DNA of 64,000 nucleotides from Escherichia coli 042 (GTDB lineage Bacteria; Pseudomonadota; Gammaproteobacteria; Enterobacterales; Enterobacteriaceae): NCBI RefSeq assembly GCF_000027125.1, contig NC_017626.1; one strand, 5' to 3'. Shown piece by piece: positions 58,715 to 64,000 of this stretch (position 1 is its first letter; each line of letters starts with the position of its first letter). The notes under the pieces were generated by a model. It saw only the letters and a program-made list of their open reading frames with translations, ran no database searches and was not told where the DNA came from. The position numbers and the translations under genes were made by a program.

Positions 58715-60304
58715 ATGACGTTGTCTCCTTATTTGCAAGAGGTGGCGAAGCGCCGCACTTTTGCCATTATTTCTCACCCGGATGCCGGTAAGACTACCAT
58801 CACCGAGAAGGTGCTGCTGTTCGGACAGGCCATTCAGACCGCCGGTACAGTAAAAGGCCGTGGTTCCAACCAGCACGCTAAGTCGGACTGGATGGAGATG
58901 GAAAAGCAGCGTGGGATCTCCATTACTACGTCTGTGATGCAGTTTCCGTATCACGATTGCCTGGTTAACCTGCTCGACACCCCGGGGCACGAAGACTTCT
59001 CGGAAGATACCTATCGTACCCTGACGGCGGTGGACTGCTGCCTGATGGTTATCGACGCTGCAAAAGGTGTTGAAGATCGTACCCGTAAGCTGATGGAAGT
59101 TACCCGTCTGCGCGACACGCCGATCCTCACCTTTATGAACAAACTTGACCGTGATATCCGCGACCCGATGGAACTGCTCGATGAAGTTGAGAACGAGCTG
59201 AAAATCGGCTGCGCACCGATCACCTGGCCGATCGGCTGCGGCAAGCTGTTTAAAGGCGTTTACCACCTTTATAAAGACGAAACCTATCTCTATCAGAGCG
59301 GTAAAGGCCACACCATTCAGGAAGTCCGCATTGTTAAAGGGCTGAATAACCCGGATCTCGATGCAGCGGTCGGTGAAGATCTGGCACAGCAGCTGCGTGA
59401 CGAACTGGAACTGGTGAAAGGCGCGTCTAATGAGTTCGACAAAGAGCTGTTCCTTGCGGGCGAAATCACTCCGGTATTCTTCGGTACTGCGCTGGGTAAC
59501 TTCGGTGTCGATCATATGCTGGATGGCCTGGTGGAGTGGGCTCCTGCGCCGATGCCGCGTCAGACTGATACCCGTACCGTAGAGGCGAGCGAAGACAAAT
59601 TTACCGGCTTCGTATTTAAAATTCAGGCCAACATGGACCCGAAACACCGCGACCGCGTGGCGTTTATGCGCGTAGTATCCGGTAAATATGAAAAAGGCAT
59701 GAAGCTGCGCCAGGTGCGCACTGCGAAAGATGTGGTGATCTCCGACGCGCTGACCTTTATGGCAGGTGACCGTTCGCACGTTGAAGAAGCATATCCGGGC
59801 GATATCCTCGGCCTGCACAACCACGGCACCATTCAGATTGGCGACACCTTTACCCAGGGTGAGATGATGAAGTTCACCGGTATTCCGAACTTCGCGCCAG
59901 AACTGTTCCGTCGCATCCGCCTGAAAGATCCGCTGAAGCAAAAACAGCTGCTCAAAGGGCTGGTACAGCTTTCCGAAGAGGGCGCGGTGCAGGTGTTCCG
60001 TCCAATCTCCAACAACGATCTGATCGTTGGTGCGGTTGGTGTGCTGCAGTTTGATGTGGTGGTATCGCGCCTGAAGAGCGAATACAACGTTGAAGCAGTA
60101 TATGAATCAGTCAACGTTGCCACCGCCCGCTGGGTAGAATGTGCAGACGCGAAGAAATTCGAAGAGTTCAAGCGTAAGAACGAAAGCCAACTGGCGCTTG
60201 ATGGCGGCGATAACCTCGCTTACATCGCTACCAGCATGGTCAACCTGCGCCTGGCGCAGGAACGTTATCCGGACGTTCAGTTCCACCAGACCCGCGAGCA
60301 TTAA
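58715..60304 (+). CDS. prfC: peptide chain release factor 3 (GTPase)
   Basis: 529 aa from [28 protein letters not shown]... Confidence 0.95.
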
Positions 60305-60696
60305 TTCTTGCCTCCAGGGCGCGGTAGCCGCTGCGCCCTGTCAATTTCCCTTCCTTATTAGCCGCTTACGGAATGTTCTTAAAACATTCACTTTTGCTTA
60401 TGTTTTCGATGATATCCCGAGCGGTTTCAAAATTGTGATCTATATTTAACAAAGTAATGACATTTCTGACGGCGTTAAATACCGTTCAATGCGTAGATAT
60501 CAGTATCTAAAGCCGTAGATTGTCATTCTACCGATATTAATAACTGATTCAGAGGCTGTAATGGTCGTTATTCATCACCCATCGCTTTTGTGATGGCGAC
60601 CATTGACTTCTGTAGAGGGTGAAGTCTCTCCCTATTCAGCAATGCAACCTCGTGTTGCCAGGCTCAAATTACGAGCAAACTTACAGGAATAAATCG

Positions 60697-61302
60697 ATGA
60701 CTATGACAAGACTGAAGATTTCGAAAACTCTGCTGGCTGTAATGTTGACCTCTGCCGTCGCGACAGGCTCTGCCTACGCGGAAAACAACGCGCAGACTAC
60801 CAATGAAAGCGCAGGGCAAAAAGTCGATAGCTCTATGAATAAAGTCGGTAATTTCATGGATGACAGCGCCATCACCGCGAAAGTGAAGGCGGCCCTGGTG
60901 GATCATGACAACATCAAGAGCACCGATATCTCTGTCAAAACCGATCAAAAAGTCGTGACCCTGAGCGGTTTCGTTGAAAGCCAGGCTCAGGCCGAAGAGG
61001 CAGTGAAAGTGGCGAAAGGCGTTGAAGGGGTGACCTCTGTCAGCGACAAACTGCACGTTCGCGACGCTAAAGAAGGCTCGGTGAAGGGCTACGCGGGTGA
61101 CACCGCCACCACCAGTGAAATCAAAGCCAAACTGCTGGCGGACGATATCGTCCCTTCCCGTCATGTGAAAGTTGAAACCACCGATGGCGTGGTTCAGCTC
61201 TCCGGTACCGTAGATTCTCAGGCACAAAGTGACCGTGCTGAAAGTATCGCCAAAGCGGTAGATGGTGTGAAAAGCGTTAAAAATGATCTGAAAACTAAGT
61301 AA
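60697..61302 (+). CDS. osmY: osmotically inducible periplasmic protein (two BON domains)
   Basis: 201 aa from [28 protein letters not shown]... Confidence 0.93.
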
Positions 61303-61428
61303 TTCGTCGTAATTCGTCCTCCCGAACTTTGTCGGGAGGCGCGATGTGCACCACACTAAAAATATCGCATTGAGTGATTTTCACGCTCATATCAAGCGGT
61401 GACATTAACTATGGTAAAGGAGACGCTT

Positions 61429-61590
61429 ATGTTTCGTTGGGGCATCATATTTCTGGTTATCGCGTTAATCGCCGCCGCACTTGGGTTTGGTGGTCTGGCC
61501 GGTACCGCTGCAGGCGCAGCTAAAATTGTCTTTGTCGTCGGGATTATTCTGTTCCTGGTGAGTTTGTTCATGGGCCGAAAACGACCCTAG
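61429..61590 (+). CDS. ytjA: small membrane protein YtjA (DUF1328)
   Basis: 53 aa, [22 protein letters not shown]... Confidence 0.8.
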
Positions 61591-61711
61591 ATTTCAGACC
61601 ATTAAGAAAATTTTATCCAAAGCCAGTCCAGCGGACTGGCTTTTGCGGTTTTAGCGAATAATAAATTGCGTTACTTTGTCATTCTTTCACAACAAAAACA
61701 GGAAGGCAGAG

Positions 61712-62785
61712 GTGGGGCAGCGAATACCTGTAACGCTTGGTAATATTGCGCCGTTGTCGCTAAGGCCGTTCCAGCCTGGACGAATAGCTCTGGTGTGCGA
61801 AGGCGGCGGACAGCGTGGAATTTTCACGGCTGGCGTGCTGGATGAGTTTATGCGCGCGCAGTTTAATCCTTTCGATCTTTATCTCGGCACATCTGCCGGG
61901 GCGCAGAACCTCTCGGCGTTTATCTGCAATCAGCCCGGTTACGCGCGCAAAGTCATCATGCGCTATACCACAAAACGCGAATTTTTCGATCCATTGCGCT
62001 TTGTCCGTGGAGGAAATCTTATCGATCTCGACTGGCTGGTGGAGGCCACCGCAAGCCAGATGCCGTTGCAAATGGATACCGCCGCGCGGTTGTTTGACAG
62101 CGGCAAATCGTTTTATATGTGCGCCTGTCGTCAGGATGACTACGCGCCGAATTACTTTTTACCAACCAAACAAAACTGGCTGGATGTGATTCGCGCCTCC
62201 AGTGCGATACCTGGCTTTTATCGTAGCGGAGTGTCGCTGGAAGGCATTAACTACCTGGATGGCGGGATCAGTGATGCGATTCCGGTTAAAGAGGCGGCAA
62301 GGCAGGGCGCTAAAACGTTGGTCGTCATCCGCACTGTGCCGTCACAAATGTACTACACGCCGCAGTGGTTCAAACGCATGGAACGCTGGCTGGGTGACAG
62401 TAGCCTGCAGCCGCTGGTCAATCTGGTGCAGCATCATGAAACCAGCTATCGTGACATTCAGCAATTTATTGAGAAACCACCGGGCAAGCTGCGGATATTC
62501 GAAATTTATCCACCGAAACCATTACATAGTATCGCGCTTGGCAGTCGGATTCCGGCGCTGCGTGAAGACTATAAACTTGGGCGTTTATGCGGTCGTTATT
62601 TCCTCGCCACGGTTGGCAAGCTATTAACTGAAAAAGCGCCGCTTACCCGCCATCTGGTGCCAGTGGTGACGCCGGAATCGATCGTTATTCCGCCTGCGCC
62701 AGTCGCCAACGATACGCTGGTTGCCGAAGTGAGCGATGCTCCGCAGGCGAACGACCCGACATTTAACAATGAGGATCTGGCTTGA
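61712..62785 (+). CDS. yjjU: patatin-like phospholipase YjjU
   Basis: GTG start; GGGQRG and GTSAG patatin motifs; 357 aa. Confidence 0.88.
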   Translation: MGQRIPVTLGNIAPLSLRPFQPGRIALVCEGGGQRGIFTAGVLDEFMRAQFNPFDLYLGTSAGAQNLSAFICNQPGYARKVIMRYTTKREFFDPLRFVRGGNLIDLDWLVEATASQMPLQMDTAARLFDSGKSFYMCACRQDDYAPNYFLPTKQNWLDVIRASSAIPGFYRSGVSLEGINYLDGGISDAIPVKEAARQGAKTLVVIRTVPSQMYYTPQWFKRMERWLGDSSLQPLVNLVQHHETSYRDIQQFIEKPPGKLRIFEIYPPKPLHSIALGSRIPALREDYKLGRLCGRYFLATVGKLLTEKAPLTRHLVPVVTPESIVIPPAPVANDTLVAEVSDAPQANDPTFNNEDLA

Positions 62786-63564
62786 TTTGCCGTTTTATCG
62801 ATACCCACTGCCATTTTGATTTCCCGCCGTTTAGTGGCGATGAAGAGGCCAGCCTGCAACGCGCGGCACAAGCGGGCGTAGGCAAGATCATTGTTCCGGC
62901 GACAGAGGCGGAAAATTTTGCCCGCGTGCAGGCGTTAGCGGAAAAATATCAACCGCTGTATGCCGCATTGGGGTTGCATCCGGGGATGTTGGAAAAACAT
63001 AGCGATGTGTCTCTTGATCAGCTACAGCAGGCGCTGGAAAGGCGTCCGGCGAAGGTGGTGGCGGTGGGGGAGATCGGTCTGGATCTCTTCGGCGACGATC
63101 CGCAATTTGAGAGGCAGCAGTGGTTACTCGACGAACAACTGAAACTGGCGAAACGCTACGATCTGCCGGTGATCCTGCATTCACGGCGCACACACGACAA
63201 ACTGGCGATGCATCTTAAACGCCACGATTTGCCGCGTGCTGGTGTTGTCCACGGATTTTCTGGCAGCCAGCAACAGGCTGAACGGTTTGTACAGCTGGGC
63301 TACAAAATCGGCGTAGGCGGTACTATCACCTATCCACGCGCCAGTAAAACCCGCGATGTCATCGCAAAATTACCGCTGGCATCGTTGTTGCTGGAAACCG
63401 ACGCGCCGGATATGCCGCTCAACGGCTTTCAGGGGCAGCCTAACCGACCGGAACAGGCTGTGCGGGTGTTTGACGTGCTTTGCGAGTTGCGCCCGGAACC
63501 AGAAGATGAGATTGCCGAAGTGTTGCTTAATAATACGTATGCGTTGTTTAGCGTTAGTGGGTAG
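62782..63564 (+). CDS. yjjV: TatD-family metal-dependent hydrolase YjjV
   Basis: TTG start overlapping yjjU stop; IDTHCHFDF motif. Confidence 0.88.
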   Translation: MICRFIDTHCHFDFPPFSGDEEASLQRAAQAGVGKIIVPATEAENFARVQALAEKYQPLYAALGLHPGMLEKHSDVSLDQLQQALERRPAKVVAVGEIGLDLFGDDPQFERQQWLLDEQLKLAKRYDLPVILHSRRTHDKLAMHLKRHDLPRAGVVHGFSGSQQQAERFVQLGYKIGVGGTITYPRASKTRDVIAKLPLASLLLETDAPDMPLNGFQGQPNRPEQAVRVFDVLCELRPEPEDEIAEVLLNNTYALFSVSG

Positions 63565-63570
63565 TTTACC

Positions 63571-64000
63571 CTTCGTAGGCAGCATCCGGCAGTCGGCGCA
63601 TAATGCCTGATGCGACGCTTAACGCGTCTTATCATGCCTACAGGTTTGTGCCGAACCGTAGGCCGGATAAGGCGTTCACGCCGCATCCGGCAGTTGGCGC
63701 ACAATGCCTGATGCGACGCTTGACGCGTCTTATCATGCCTACAGGTTTGTGCCGAACCGTAGGCCGGATAAGGCGTTCACGCCGCATCCGGCGGTCGGCG
63801 CACAATGCCTGATGCGACGCTTGTCGCGTCTTATCATGCCTACAGGTTTGTGCCGAACCGTAGGCCGGATAAGGCGTTCACGCCGCATCCGGCAGTTGGC
63901 GCACAATGCCTGATGCGACGCTTGTCGCGTCTTATCATGCCTACAAGTCTGTGCCGAACCGTAGGCCGGATAAGGCGTTCACGCCGCATCCGGCAGTCGG
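63571..64000. repeat. BIME array: at least four tandem units of about 101 bp, truncated by window end
   Basis: gcctgatgcgacgctt... recurs at 63605, 63706, 63807, 63908. Confidence 0.75.

Noticed and set aside
61318-61339. Hairpin cctcccga...tcgggagg after osmY
   Set aside because: Good stem but no following U-tract on either strand; could be a REP-independent stabiliser or rho-dependent site, so it was not called as a terminator

Overview
The window reads as an Escherichia coli chromosomal segment colinear with the K-12 98-100 min region (nanSMC, gntP-uxuAB-uxuR, iraD...mdtM, yjiA-yjiX-btsT-tsr, lgoTRD, opgB, dnaTC, yjjQ-bglJ, fhuF, leuQPV, rsmC-holD-rimI-yjjG-prfC-osmY-yjjUV), with strain-specific accessory content. 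All protein identities come from reading the translations and from recalled K-12 gene order and protein lengths; no search or computation was run. (1) The main candidate is an AT-rich, tightly coupled three-gene operon at 930-10329: an SNF2-family helicase, a very large beta-class amino-methyltransferase (DPPY then FAGSGTT) and an SF2 helicase with a C-terminal PD-(D/E)xK-like motif. It resembles Type III R-M plus an SNF2 partner, or a reduced DISARM, but matches neither canonical layout. It sits between a leuX-3'-end-like repeat (521-541) and a 5'-truncated HNH endonuclease remnant. (2) The fim operon is absent: an IS1 lies between the nanC upstream region and a fimH 3' remnant. (3) The hsd-mcr-mrr immigration control region is absent between mdtM and yjiA; in its place are a divergent IS1 with frameshifted insB and a BrnT/BrnA-like toxin-antitoxin pair. 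The two IS1 copies are inverted and bracket about 19 kb. (4) Minor observations: variable-arm variants in two of three tandem tRNA-Leu(CAG) genes, a poly-Q run in Tsr, and REP/BIME arrays. No CRISPR array, rRNA or intact prophage was seen.
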